Counted from the stretch's first letter, positions 43,021 through 55,838 are shown. The stretch is 64,000 bases of DNA from Octopus vulgaris (GCA_951406725.2 OX597814.1:120590001-120654000), one strand, 5' to 3'. The notes: generated from the letters alone by a model not told the origin. Translations and numbers: made by a program.

Positions 43021-43330
43021 CTATATGAGTTTTCCCTTTGATTTCTCTTGCTCCTGCTGTGGGTTTTCCCTCATGAGGTTAGTCATTTGTTTCTTGCTTC
43101 GGTTATCCATTAATGGCGCAACATTTGTTTCTCTGTTTCTAAAATTTTTGTTGCCTCGTTCTGCGAAATCGGAACGGATTATGCATGCAGTATTAAGTGT
43201 GTGTCTAATGATGTTGGCAAAATATAATTCTCTGGTAGTGTTGCTACGAACGTAGTGTTGAGTATCATTTAAAGAATTTGGCAATTCTTTAGATACAGCG
43301 TTCCATATTTTATATTCTCACAATATCTCC
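43021..43330 (-). pseudogene. Decayed Penelope-like RT thumb region
   Basis: DTQHYVRSN..YFANIIRHTLNTACIIRSD resembles the PLE motif DT.QYL..S.HP...IP..LA.RI..IVSD. Confidence 0.4.
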
Positions 43331-44110
43331 AAAGCGATGTACTATTTGTTTGGGTACATGTCGGGAGTATAAGTGTGCTATTTTAAACATAGCTTTAAAA
43401 CATTACAATTATGCATACCCTTGAGTAGTGTTTAGCATGAAAAGCACGTTAGTACACAATATTTCCTCTAAACATTTAGTGGAAATCTGTTAGGCTGAAG
43501 GAAATTACAATTATTGATTGATAGATTAATGTTTATTTATGATATACACATTAGAGATGTTAGATGAAGCTATCAGCTGTGTAAACTTGGTTTAGCAAAA
43601 TTAGGTGTAACATGTACAACGATCTCAATCAATACGCCATTGCGTGTTGACTATGTCCGATAATATTCTTGGATGAATTTAGAAGCAAGCCGTCATTACT
43701 AATCTCCATTTCTGACTAAATGATGTCACTGTATTTAGGGGATAAGTCCTACAAAATACACCTTTCGAATGTCACCTCTCAAATGTGACCTGTTGTTCAA
43801 CTCTAAATCCTCGGATAAATCACGCTTCAAATTACACAACTGTAACTTCCGCAGGAAAACTACATTTCCAGGCACACAGTATTGTGTGTTTTCTGCAGTG
43901 ACAATGACAAAAGTGGTATAGGTGACATGTGAAGTGGTTAACCGTTCAGTGGTGCGATGTATCACAAAACTAGAAAAACAATTACTGTTTAAATTCCATT
44001 GTTTCTCGATAAGGCAAATGCCAAAGTATATTACAATTAAAAATCTGAATATATACAAACACATACACACACACAAACCCTAACAAAAATCGTCACACAC
44101 ATATGCACAT

Positions 44111-44169
<59 letters not shown>

Positions 44170-44175
<6 letters not shown>

Positions 44176-45710
44176 ATACTTTGATACTTTGATAGGTTTC
44201 GGCCATTATTGGCCCAGGCCATGTCTAACTTAATAGCACCACCTGGTGAAGTCTTTCAAGTCAGAATTTGGGCACTATGGCCCACTCAAGTAGAGAGTTA
44301 TTGTTTACAGAGACATATCCGGGTGTAGGGGGTTTATCCGGGATTTCTTGAAGGAATCTGTCCAAAGACTTCTTGAACCCTATAGGGTCAGTTTCTGTTT
44401 TAATGTGTTTTGGTGTAATGTTAAAGAGAGCGGGGCCAATTGAGGTGAAATAATTGTGCCGTATTGTTGTTATGAGATGAGAGTGCGATTTTTGTTTTGG
44501 GCGGATGGCACGGGGCCCAAGCCTTGGATGTACCTTAAAGGTGATGCCAACATCATTTGGGCAATGCTGATGGAATATTTTCCCCATCATGCAGATGATG
44601 TAGCGCTCACGACGACGTTGGAGAGAATAGAGTTTTAGCTTTTCTAGTCGACCCCAATAGTCGAGGCCTGTCATGCCATCTATCTTTTTTGTGATTGCCC
44701 TTTGAGGTGCTTCAACTTTTATGATACCTTGTATTGTGTGGGGAGACCACAGTGGACAACAGTATTCAAGGTGGGGTCGGGCAAAGTGGAGAAGAGAAGG
44801 ATAATGGTGTGGATATCTCTCGACTGGAAAGTTCTGAGAATCCAGGAACACATTCTGCGGGCCATGTCAACTTTGGTGTTTATATGAGTGGCCCAGCTTA
44901 TGTTGTTGTCCACAATTACTCCCAAGTCTCTGATGTTGTTGGACGCCGCGAGAGTTTCACCTGAAGGAAGGGAGTATGGGAGTTTCAGGGCATCCTCTTT
45001 TCCAAAGTGGATTAGCTCAAATTTATCCTCGTTCAGCAGCATATTGTTTTTTTCTGCCCATTGGATAACAGCCAGTAGATCTGACTGAAGGCATGTCCGG
45101 TCACTCGCCTCATTTATGACCTTCTGTAGCTTGGAGTCATCTGCAAAGATTTTTATGTTGCTGTGCTTGATGATGTCATTAATGTCATTAATGTAAATGA
45201 TGAAAAGAAGTGGGCCCAGCACAGTGCCTTGCGGAACGCCACTACTGACTTTGGCTGGGCTTGATTTTACTCCTTCAACTACAACATGTTGAGATCTGTC
45301 TGTCAGGAAACACTTGATCCATTTCAGTAACTTTCCAGAGACACCAATGTTGGATAGTTTTTTCAATAGGATCTTGTGATCGACCCTGTCGAAGGCCTTA
45401 CTGAAATCAAGGTAGATGACATCGGTGTTGGAGCCCTCTCCCAAAGCTCTCAAAGTGTCCTCAAAGTGATGCAGGAGCTGCGTTAGGCAGTCCCTTCCAT
45501 TACGGAACCCATGTTGGTTGAAGATCAGCCGTCTGTTGCTTTCCAGAAATTGGGTTATTCGAGATCTCACCACCCTCTCAAATACCTTGATGATATGAGA
45601 GGTGAGTGAGATCGGACGGTAATTCACTGCAAGGGACTTGTTTCCCTTTTTGAAAACTGGGACAACAGACTGGGACAGAAGGTTTTTTGGAATATAGCCA
45701 GCATCCAGTG
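44170..45710 (-). mobile_element. 5'-truncated CR1/L2-like LINE, RT nearly intact with one frameshift near 44780
   Basis: ORF 44719-45627 (NYRPISLTS, QHGFR, YLDFSKAFDRVDH, GVPQGTVLGPLLF, FADDSKL) continues into ORF 44261-44851 (RPHLEYCCPLWSP); short tandem tail (TTTGATAC)n on +. Confidence 0.95.
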
Positions 45711-45724
45711 AGTATATATATAAA

Positions 45725-45848
45725 TATCACCGTGACCACCGTGACCGACCAGGCTATCAGATGTTGCTACACATCGCTGGTCGCAATGCGCTTCACATTG
45801 TTTTAGCCTTCAAATGATGCCACCCCGCTGGCTAAGCGAGCAGGCCAT
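45725..45848 (-). mobile_element. Short interspersed repeat fragment (probable retroelement 3' end)
   Basis: GC-richer block with a short tandem end (caccgtgac)2 between (TA)n tracts; family recalled from memory only. Confidence 0.35.
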
Positions 45849-45850
45849 AT

Positions 45851-45986
<136 letters not shown>

Positions 45987-46019
45987 GTGAGAGAGCTGGT
46001 GTGTGAAAGCACGTGGTTG

Positions 46020-46494
46020 GATGTATAAACAATAAAAAAGAGTGAAAAAACTACAGAAGGCTTGTGTTATAAGTTAAAGAATATATTTAAGTCGTTATGT
46101 TAGAAAAATGTCATAAAATTTTGTGTATTGTAACATATTTTTGGGAGAAATAACCGGTTTCGTATAGAGTTTTCAAATTTTTTATCTACATCGTGTCATG
46201 TCTTCGCATGAAATGAAAAGTTCCAGGCAGGAGAAGGTAATCAGGGATTTCTTCCGGTATAGAGGAGATAATCGCTTTTTATATATTTTTTTCAATAAGA
46301 TGAATTTCCTTGTATATAAGTTTAGGTTTGTATTTTTCAATGAAGAATGTTTCCTTGTTTAATCTAATTTGTGTTGGTGTTCCAATAGCACATTGATAGA
46401 ATGGAAATATTAATAATTGTGGTAGTAGTTACTTTGCGCATTTCTCAATATGTTCACTAAAGGGTATCATTCTGTATTCTGGGAATGCAATCTG
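46020..46494 (-). pseudogene. Penelope-like GIY-YIG C-terminus plus 3' region
   Basis: Minus 46494->46310 reads QIAFPEYRMIPFSEHIEKCAK*LLPQLLIFPFYQC...RLNKETFFIEKYKPKL; downstream degenerate HHR-like CTGATTA...GAAACCGGTT at 46145-46254. Confidence 0.75.
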
Positions 46495-47519
46495 TAGGTT
46501 CATCCGAAATTTGTGACAGAAGGAGATCCAGTATTGTTTGGAAAATGACTACATCTACGCCATGCAAGTCACGTAGGGAGTATATCAAAGAGTTGTGTCC
46601 TTTTGAAGCCCAAGCTGTTGCAGCATCTGGATTTATATCCTGATTGCAGTTTTGTGATTTTTTTAGTATTATTCAGTGACGCCCCATTCTGCTGTCTATG
46701 TAACTGACAATGCCAAAGACTGGCACAAGTTTTTATAGGATTTTAGAGATGTATATAACTGCATAGCTTTCCCGCGTTCGCTCCTGTGTGTAAAGCCCAA
46801 AGTTTTACCCTCGCTCCCAGTAGCTGGCATGCTGCATGCTATCGAAATTCTTCATGTAGCTTCGCTAGGTAACATCTGTTGTTCATTTTAAATTGTTTGG
46901 TATCCAGAGTTGGGGGCAGTAATCCAGACGGCTTAAAAAGAGAGTCCGCTATAAGGACCATCATTGATACCTTTTCTCTTTTTATGAAAGTTCGAAGTAT
47001 GCACTGTGTCTTAATTCATAGTTATAATATATAATTTTAATCCTTAATATTACAAAGTATAATTTTTGTTCTTAACTTTTAATACTTAAATTCTAGTCTT
47101 TAATGCTTAATTCTAAAGGGATAGAAAATAAGATATATAATATTTTGAAATAGAACCTGAAGATGTGTTAGAATAATTGTAAATCTGACAATTGCATATA
47201 TGTATTTATAAATGTATATATATATGTATACAGTTGTGTATAAGTATATATATATATATATATATTGTAATCTTTCAATACTGAAACACATGTAGTTCCA
47301 TCATATCTAATAAATATAAGTATTAACTAAACTAAGATATAATTAACGAAGAATATTATATACCCTGCTGGTAATTTTGGTTACATCCTTTAAGTATTAT
47401 TTCGTGATGTGCAAACTGATACCATGAGTTCACTGTTAGATTTACTCATTAGGTTACTTTTGTATTATCTGAAATAGAATACCCGCATATCAATTAACCC
47501 TACCCCAATTTGCAAGTAT

Positions 47520-47544
47520 TTATATATGTATATATATATGTATG

Positions 47545-47598
<54 letters not shown>

Positions 47599-47697
47599 CA
47601 TGTATATGTATATATGTATATATATATATATAATATATATATAAATATATATATAGATATATAAATATATATATGTATATATATAAATATATATATA

Positions 47698-47757
<60 letters not shown>
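47520..47757. repeat. (TA)n-rich microsatellite
   Basis: Visible tract. Confidence 0.95.
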
Positions 47758-47758
<1 letters not shown>

Positions 47759-48031
47759 TGTATGTGTGTATGGATGTATGTATGTATATAAGTATCTAGG
47801 TAAGATACAAGGTTGGTATGTACGTAAGTAAATATATAAGTTGATAGAATTAATTCAAAGTAAGTGAATAAAGGTTATGTTTCATGTTTATAACTAATAC
47901 TCGTCACGCAAAGCCTGGAAAAGTGTGCAATTGATTTAAAATTATAAATTGTTTTTGTATAATTACATATGGTAATATATTTCATTTCATCTTTGTGTAC
48001 AACAATTATATATCTGAACACTATATAAATT

Positions 48032-48252
48032 ACTCTTTTACCCTTTTATTTGTTTCAGTCAGTTATCTGACTGCGGCCATGCTGGAGCACCGCCTTTAGT
48101 TGGGCAAATCGACCCCAGGACTTATTCTTTGTAAGTCTAGTACTTATTCTATCGATGTATTTTTGCCGAACCGCTAAGTTACGGTGACGTAAACACACCA
48201 CCATCGGTTGTCAAGCGATGGTAGTGGTGGTGGTGGTGGTGGGGCAAACACA

Positions 48253-48323
<71 letters not shown>

Positions 48324-48469
48324 GCGACGGGCTTCTTTCAGATTCCGTCTACCAAATACACTCACAAGGTTTTGGTCGGCCCGAGGCTATAGTAGACGAC
48401 ACAGTGGGACTGAACCCGGACCATGTGGTTGGTAAGCAAGCTACTTACCACACAGCCAGTCCTGCGCCT
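48032..48469 (-). mobile_element. SINE family B, near full length with internal (CA)n(TA)n
   Basis: Head GGCGCAGGACTGGCTGTGTGGTAAG..GGTTCAGTCCC; tail ends in an AAAAG-type repeat. Confidence 0.9.
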
Positions 48470-48540
48470 ATGAATATTTATATCAGGTGAATATCAGATG
48501 ATTTAATATAAAGTAATTTTCAAAATTGCTTATTTCAATA

Positions 48541-48700
48541 GGGCGTTGTCGTTGCAGAATCGTTAGCAGGTTTGGTAAAACGCTAAATAACATTCCATCC
48601 GTTTTTTCGATCTGAGTTCTGATTCCGCCAAGGTCGACTTTGCCATTTATCCTTTCGTGATCTATAAAATAATTACCGGTTGAGCACCGGTGTCTATAGA
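48541..48700 (+). mobile_element. SINE family A, degenerate
   Basis: gcagaatcgttagca...gagttctgattccgccaaggtcgactttgcc. Confidence 0.7.
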
Positions 48701-48832
48701 AGTAGTTTAAAGTTTATAAGCAATCACCGTGCATTGACTTTGGTAAATGGTATAATATTGGGGTATATAAGCTAATAGACTATTTACGTTAGTCACTGCA
48801 CGGTTATCACTAATAAACTTTAAGCTTATGAA

Positions 48833-48877
<45 letters not shown>

Positions 48878-48879
48878 TG

Positions 48880-49068
48880 TGTCTTTGTGTTAGTATTTGT
48901 CTCCCACCACCGCTTGACAACAGGTTTAGACTGTTTACGTTCGCGTAAACTACGTTTCAGCAAACACAGTTGGCAGAAAAATTAACAGACTTAACGAGTA
49001 CTGGGTCGATTGTTCAAGTTAGTGAACCAGCGTGGCCGCATTCTATTGGCTGAAAGACGTAAAAAGAA
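48880..49068 (+). mobile_element. SINE family B tail, degenerate
   Basis: cgcttgacaac..tgtttacg..ggtcgattg..ccagcgtggccgca. Confidence 0.6.
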
Positions 49069-49070
49069 AT

Positions 49071-49114
<44 letters not shown>

Positions 49115-49559
49115 AAAAATGGTAAATAATTTTCCTGTGGTTTATCATGTAACCAACAATTATTTACCGGTAAATTTCGGTATGTAAATACGAAAAATTA
49201 ATTGTCAATACCTTAATTGAAACAGCCTGCTGTTAACCTTCTTATTTTTTCTTTACTATATACTGAACCTTACAAAGGTCTTGACAATTAATTTGTCGTA
49301 TTTACATACCGAAATTTACCGGTAAATAATTGTTGGTTACATGATAAACCACAGGAAAATTATTTACCATTTTTATTGAATTACCATGTGGATTCCTCAT
49401 TCCATTACGATTACCCAGAAAGCGCGCATGGCAGAATTTTGGAGGGAAAATTTACGTTCCCAGTCGCCACTTAGTTTTAACATCTGCACTCTTCCCCCCA
49501 CTATCTGATGTCGCTGGGTCAGAAGTGAGGGCTAGTGGCATTTAGTAAAGCTATCGAAT

Positions 49560-49624
49560 ATAGCGCCGATGACGGAATTCAAACTGATTTCCATGTTTGC
49601 GATCCAGAAACATATGTCCGCTAT
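49560..49624 (+). ncRNA. Type I hammerhead-like ribozyme, U4C variant
   Basis: ATAGCG-CCGATGA-cGGA..CAAAC..GTTTG..TCCa-GAAAC ATAT GTC-CGCTAT: 6-bp stem I, palindromic ACATATGT, GUC triplet. Confidence 0.7.
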
Positions 49625-50107
49625 TAACGGTAAGTGACTGAATTCGTATATTTGCCACTCCGGTTTTGTGTATGTGAGCCGTAAGGGCCTTCGTTTTTGG
49701 ATTCTCCACTTATAGAAATTGGAAAAACGGTCTTTGACTGCCATTTCTAATTCCTTCGGTATGAGGTGAAACAGCCTGCTGTTAACCTTCTTATTTTTTC
49801 TTTACTATATACTGAATCTTACAAAGGTCTTGACAATTAATTTGTCGTATTTACATACCGAAATTTACCGGTAAATAATTGTTGGTTACATGATAAACCA
49901 CAGGAAAATTATTTACCATTTTTATTGAATTACCATGTGGATTCCTCATTCCATTACGATTACCCAGAAAGCGCGCATGGCAGAATTTTGGAGGGAAAAT
50001 TTACGTTCCCAGTCGCCACTTAGTTTTAACATCTGCACTCTTCCCCCACTATCTGATGTCGCTGGGTCAGAAGTGAGGGCTAGTGGCATTTAGTAAAGCT
50101 ATCGAAT

Positions 50108-50172
50108 ATAGCGCCGATGACGGAATTCAAACTGATTTCCATGTTTGCGATCCAGAAACATATGTCCGCTAT
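50108..50172 (+). ncRNA. Type I hammerhead-like ribozyme, U4C variant (second unit)
   Basis: Identical to 49560-49624. Confidence 0.7.
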
Positions 50173-50373
50173 TAACGGTAAGTGACTGAATTCGTATATT
50201 TGCCACTCCGGTTTTGTGTATGTGAGCCGTAAGGGCCTTCGTTTTTGGATTCTCCACTTATAGAAATTGGAAAAACGGTCTTTGACTGCCATTTCTAATT
50301 CCTTCGGTATGAGGTGAAACAGCCTGCTGTTAACCTTCTTATTTTTTCTTTACTATATATATATATATATATA

Positions 50374-51502
50374 TATATAGGTAAACGTTAAAAAAACACA
50401 AACTGGGACAAGAACGTGAAACATTTTGAAGACGACAAAAAAACACACAGAGTCAACAGTCAAGAACCAGATCATCTTCGCAATTTCGGCTGATTAATCT
50501 TGAGTTTGCTCCAATCTGGGCAGCCCGCCAAGGGAAATCTAAGCCAATCGCATTAGATTCCTTGGAAGAAAACCTCGAAAGTATACAACACGGTGACGGA
50601 AAAACGGACGATGATACTCGAAAAAAATTCAAAAAGACGTTAAAACAATAAAGATAGCACGGATAAAAATACAAAATAACGTAAAAACAATAATAACAAA
50701 ACCAGGACGTCAGGACAAGCGTCTTTCGACAGGACGAGTTGGGTATAGGCTGGTTGTGGAACAAGTGCCTGAAGGCAAACGGAGCACAAACAAATACGTG
50801 TTGTCACAGTAACTACTTGATGCGAAAGGCAGTAGTAGCTAGCTGGTCACGTGAGCACAAAAAGGAGAAAGGGACAGATGAAGAGAGAAGCAGGAGAGGG
50901 AAAAGGACAGGTCAAGTGGGGTATAAGGTCTGAGAGGCAGAGAAATGTGGGAGAGGAGGGACGGAGGAAGAGAGAAAGAAAGAAGGGGAACAAGGGAGGA
51001 GAAGAAAAAGAGGGAAAGAGACAGAACAAGGGGAGTGAAAAGGGTGAAGGCGGAGAAAAGTAGGAGAGGGGGGAAAAAGAGACAGTGTAGTCGAGTCGTA
51101 CCAATGTTAGAGAGTAATATACTTACAGTATAGGGTTAAAAGGTAGGATACGTAGCCGCCATGTATATAGGTAAACGTTAAAAAAACACAAACTGGGACA
51201 AGAACGTGAAATATTTTGAAGACGACAAAAAAACACACAGACGGGACTTTCGAAGCTCTCAGTCATCAGTCAAGAACCAGATCATCTTCGCAATTTCGGC
51301 TGATTAATCTTGAGATTGCTCCAATCTGGGCAGCTCGCCAAGGGAAATCTAAGCCAATCGCATTAGATTCCTTGGAAGAAAACCTCGAAAGTATACAACA
51401 CGGTGACGGAAAAACGGACGATGATACTCGAAAAAAATTCAAAAAGACGTAAAAACAATAAAGATAGCACGGATAAAAATACAAAATAACGTAAAAACAA
51501 TA
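50374..51502 (-). mobile_element. Non-coding PLE-like element with ~330-bp direct terminal repeats (1.4 units of a ~810-bp monomer)
   Basis: Direct repeats 50374-50692 and 51164-51502 (first lacks 20 bp); purine-rich core; TA repeats at both ends. Confidence 0.65.
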
Positions 51503-51755
51503 TATATATGGAGATTCTAGAAGTTGAGATTGATCTGTTTAATACTCTATGCTATGAGCACTACAGTGACAGAGACCTTATAAAACACAAATACACATAA
51601 ACGTATGTGACAATATTTATTTTCTATGTTTCATGCAATGGTTAGTCGGAATATCCCCCTCTCTCTCTCTTTCTCTCACTCTCTCCCCTGGTATATCCAT
51701 ATATATATATTTATATATATATATATGTATATATATTCATATATATATATATATG

Positions 51756-51850
<95 letters not shown>

Positions 51851-51857
51851 GTAAAGA

Positions 51858-52190
51858 TTTCCTTCGGTCATGAAGGATAATGCGATTGCACCTAGATTAT
51901 TACCCTCTGAGACACAAGTCCGGGCAAGGTTATTTATGGAAGACCAGCAGTCGCTCATACACACTGGCTTCTCCTCTCCACGTTACCGATGTTATCCAAG
52001 GTAAAAAAAAAACAAAGGCTCATATAGCTTTAATCAGTGACATCGCAACTGATTTCTACTTCTGAATGAAAACTGGAGCAACCGGAAACAAAGTGCCTTC
52101 CTCAAGAACACAACATAGAGCCAGGTCCGGTAATCGAACTCACTACTACGTGATCGTGAGCTTGATGCTCTAACCACCGAGCCATATCCC
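51858..52190 (-). mobile_element. tRNA-derived SINE, family D
   Basis: Minus head TGGCTCGGTGGTTAGAGC...GAGTTCGATTACC, then gttgtgttcttgaggaaggcactt. Confidence 0.7.
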
Positions 52191-52248
52191 TTTACACACT
52201 TCGCAGCATGAAATATTTTTCTCTCTCTCTCTCTCACTGTCTCTTATC

Positions 52249-52322
<74 letters not shown>

Positions 52323-53150
52323 GTACATATAAACATGGAGTTGTATCGTTCAAGCTCCAATCACAATAATTTTAATATGAACAATCATATACGCACTTAA
52401 TTAATTGAACTATTTTTATGTTACAAAATAAAATCTTTATCGTTCAAACAAATTACAGTTTGAAATTATTCGCTAGCGAAAAATGGTGACTCCACCTATT
52501 CTAATTAGCAGGAATTGCGAAATAAGTAAAAGAGCGTCAAAGTTAGCGACACAAATATCTAAGAAATATAGAGTTTTATCGCATTTGAATGAGAGCGAAA
52601 TATAGAATCCCTTGCGTAGGTGTTTAATTTTGGTAAAATCTTGCAATTAAATCAAAGTTGTTTAATTAGCGAATGGCGCATTATAAGAAATAAGTTACTG
52701 CTGAAGGAAATGTAGCACCATAACGCTACATATTTGCTGCGTTGCGACGTGTCTCATTATAGATTCTTGCTTTTCTGCAGACAATATGTCGAATAGTTTA
52801 AGGGAACAGAAATCACGTGAATGAGGTTCAATAATTTAAGAAATGCACTAGAAGAATGAGTGAAATACATTTGCTTACAAGAAGTAAAATTTCACGTGTC
52901 GCCTAATCAAGATATTTGTGTGTTGGTGTGTGTGTGTGTGTGTGTGTCTGTCTGTGGACGGTTTTATAAATATGCTGAATTACATATATACATATATAAA
53001 ACATCTCTATCTATACAGAGATGTCTTTTTTCTTAGAATATGGCTATTTCTCAGAACATAGCTATTGACAATTCCACACACGTAATTAAATAGAACATTC
53101 TCCTACACATATTCACACATACACATCCACATCTCCATACGCATATTTGT

Positions 53151-53151
<1 letters not shown>

Positions 53152-53214
<63 letters not shown>

Positions 53215-53238
53215 GTTGTTGTTGTTGTTATTATTATT
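53152..53238. repeat. (ATT)n(GTT)n microsatellite
   Basis: Visible tract. Confidence 0.95.
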
Positions 53239-53498
53239 TCGCAGTACCGAATCTCGAAAATGCTTATTTGGCGTGGTGATATCTCAGTGTTTTCTCAGCA
53301 TGCTTCTTTACCAGGTTTACGTTACTCAACAGGATGCATGATGCTTCCTCAAGGCACAGGTCTCATACTCAGGATAGTGTGTCATGGGTGTGCATTTTGT
53401 TTTCTATTATTGTTCATTCTATTCCGTATTTTATTTTTCCTTCCTCTAATCTCAATATTAGGTCCGATAATGACATATACATATACACACATACATAC

Positions 53499-53536
<38 letters not shown>

Positions 53537-53538
<2 letters not shown>

Positions 53539-53765
53539 CTTTACTACCCACAAGGAGCTAAACTCAGAGGGGACAAACAAGGACAGACAAAAGAATTAAG
53601 TCGATTACATCGACGCCAGTGCGTAACTGGTACTTAATCTATCGACCCCGAAAGGATGAAAGGCAAAGTCGACCTCGGCGGCATTTGAACTCAGAACGTA
53701 ATGACAGACGAAATACGGTTACGCATTTCGCCCGGCGTGCTAACGGTTCTGCCAGCTCACCGCCT
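53537..53765 (-). mobile_element. SINE family A, full length
   Basis: High similarity to 2231, 35041, 42713. Confidence 0.88.
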
Positions 53766-53783
53766 TACGTATATATATATATG

Positions 53784-53855
<72 letters not shown>

Positions 53856-55160
53856 CATATATATATACTTTTACAAATATGCATACACAGACATATATAC
53901 ATATATATACATATCTATTTACGCATACATACATATATACATACACATGCACATATATACGGGTGTAACACTTTCGATGCGGATACGTTCTTCAACTAGA
54001 ATGGTTTCCAAAACGATTTCTAATGTTGATTTTTCATACTTTGCTGAGAGTTGACTGGTGTAAATTGGCAAAGATATGAAAAGTGGTATTAGAATATTAA
54101 GTGTATGATTAATTTATGGAATGAAGTTCTACAAATCCAGTCATATTTGTCAAAAATGGAGGAGAGAAGATACTAAAATTTGTAAGAAGATTTTACATGC
54201 CTACAGTTATTTCGTGCATAGATATAAATTCATATTTGAATTTGGATATTATCATAGTACTCATCAGTGCAGAGAGAAAATAATGATAGGAAATTAAAGA
54301 AAGAGCAGATAGTTTGGATCTATGAGTTTCGTGCTTATCTGTTCCTATCTATGTGCGATAGTGATGGGAGTCCTGCCAAATATTAAACCACAATTAACGT
54401 ACGAACGGTTGGGGGATGATATAACTAAAGAGATATCGATAACCCCCTATAGATTAGTATAGATTTGCTATTTAGAACCTCCGTATATGCATCATAGGGC
54501 GAGTAAGTTAGAAAAATGTCCAATATTAAAACGTTACCTAATTAAATCTAATCGTTAAAACAATACTTGGTAATTTTTATAAAAAATTATAAACAAATAA
54601 AGTTTCGCGTAAAATATTGTTTGTAAAGCTTACAATAGAAAGTTAATGGAGTCATCTATGAAAATATAGGGGGGAGAAGGATTAAAAGGAATGAAGTGGA
54701 AATGGATTAAGGACTTTTGTTTACTCAAGATCCGTATTAAAGTAACATTGAAGATGAGGGAAAGTGGTAATTCAAATGGAAATATGACGATTAAGGTTGT
54801 ATTATACTTACGAAGTCTATTGTTAAGAGGAGAGATAAGAGAACATTTTAGGAGATGTAATAAAAAGAGAAATATAGAAGCGATAATGTAATAAGTTAGA
54901 GAGGGTGAAAAGGAAGAGAAGTTTTACTAGTTTTGGGGTGATAAATAAGATGAAAAATAATAATAATAATCAAGTATGGGATGTGATACGAGTAGCCGCA
55001 CAGGGCCGAACACGGTGGACAAAATACAATGAGGAGCTTTTCTTTTTGAAAATAGAAAAAGGAGAAAAATAAAATTCCGATCAAATGGGATCGTGAAAAA
55101 AATAAACGATCAAAAGGGATCGTGAAAAAAATACAATCAAAAGGGGTCGTGTATCACAGA

Positions 55161-55214
55161 AAATAACTGAAAGAAGTAAGAGGTAAAAGATAAAAGATAT
55201 GTGTATGTGTGTGT

Positions 55215-55296
<82 letters not shown>

Positions 55297-55366
55297 ATCT
55301 ATCTATCTTGGAACCTATTTTTCTACAGTCCATTCACATCAGAGATATAGATAGATAAATAGATAA

Positions 55367-55430
<64 letters not shown>

Positions 55431-55484
55431 ACATACACATACACATATCTTTTATCATTTACATCTTACTTCTTTCAGTTATTT
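55161..55484. repeat. Inverted duplication of a SINE tail plus (TATC)n
   Basis: Arms 55161-55308 and ~55343-55484, each with ~55 bp non-microsatellite sequence plus (TATC)n/(GATA)n. Confidence 0.85.
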
Positions 55485-55838
55485 CACTGCGGCCATGCCG
55501 TGGCACACCTATGAGGGGATATAGTTGAACAAATAGATACCAGTACTTCCGTTTATTACGCTTGTACTTATTCTATCGGACCATTTATGGAGAACCACTA
55601 AGCTATGGGGACATTAATACACCAGAAACGGTTGTCAAGTCCTGATGGAAAACAAACCCCCCCACACACACACATATACGCGACGGGCATCTTTCAGTTT
55701 CTGTCCACAAAATCCACTCACAGGCTTTGGATAGCTCGAGGCTATAGTAGAAGACATCTCCCCAAGGTCCCATGCAGTGGGATTAAATCTAGAACCGTGT
55801 GCTTGGGAGGCAAGCTTATTATCACGCAACCACGCCTC
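55462..55838 (-). mobile_element. SINE family B, older copy
   Basis: tttcagtt..ctgcggccatgc...cgacgggc.tctttcagtttc..ggctatagtagaagaca. Confidence 0.8.

Larger units (their letters stand above)
49108..50360 (+). mobile_element. Retrozyme/PLE-like insertion: 101-bp inverted copy plus ~2.07 tandem units of a 548-bp monomer
   Basis: Inverted repeat 49108-49208 / 49281-49381; units start at 49219, 49768 and 50316; (TA)n on both flanks; one HHR fold per unit. Confidence 0.8.

Noticed and set aside
43735-43960. Possible host exon on the minus strand after an acceptor-like ttgtcactgcag
   Set aside because: No recognisable protein similarity, weak donor site and no partner exons; needs RNA-seq
49532-50292. 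Duplicated 70-aa ORF MAVKDRFSNF...
   Set aside because: Antisense to the ribozyme-bearing repeat unit, no recognisable domain; duplication is explained by the tandem repeat
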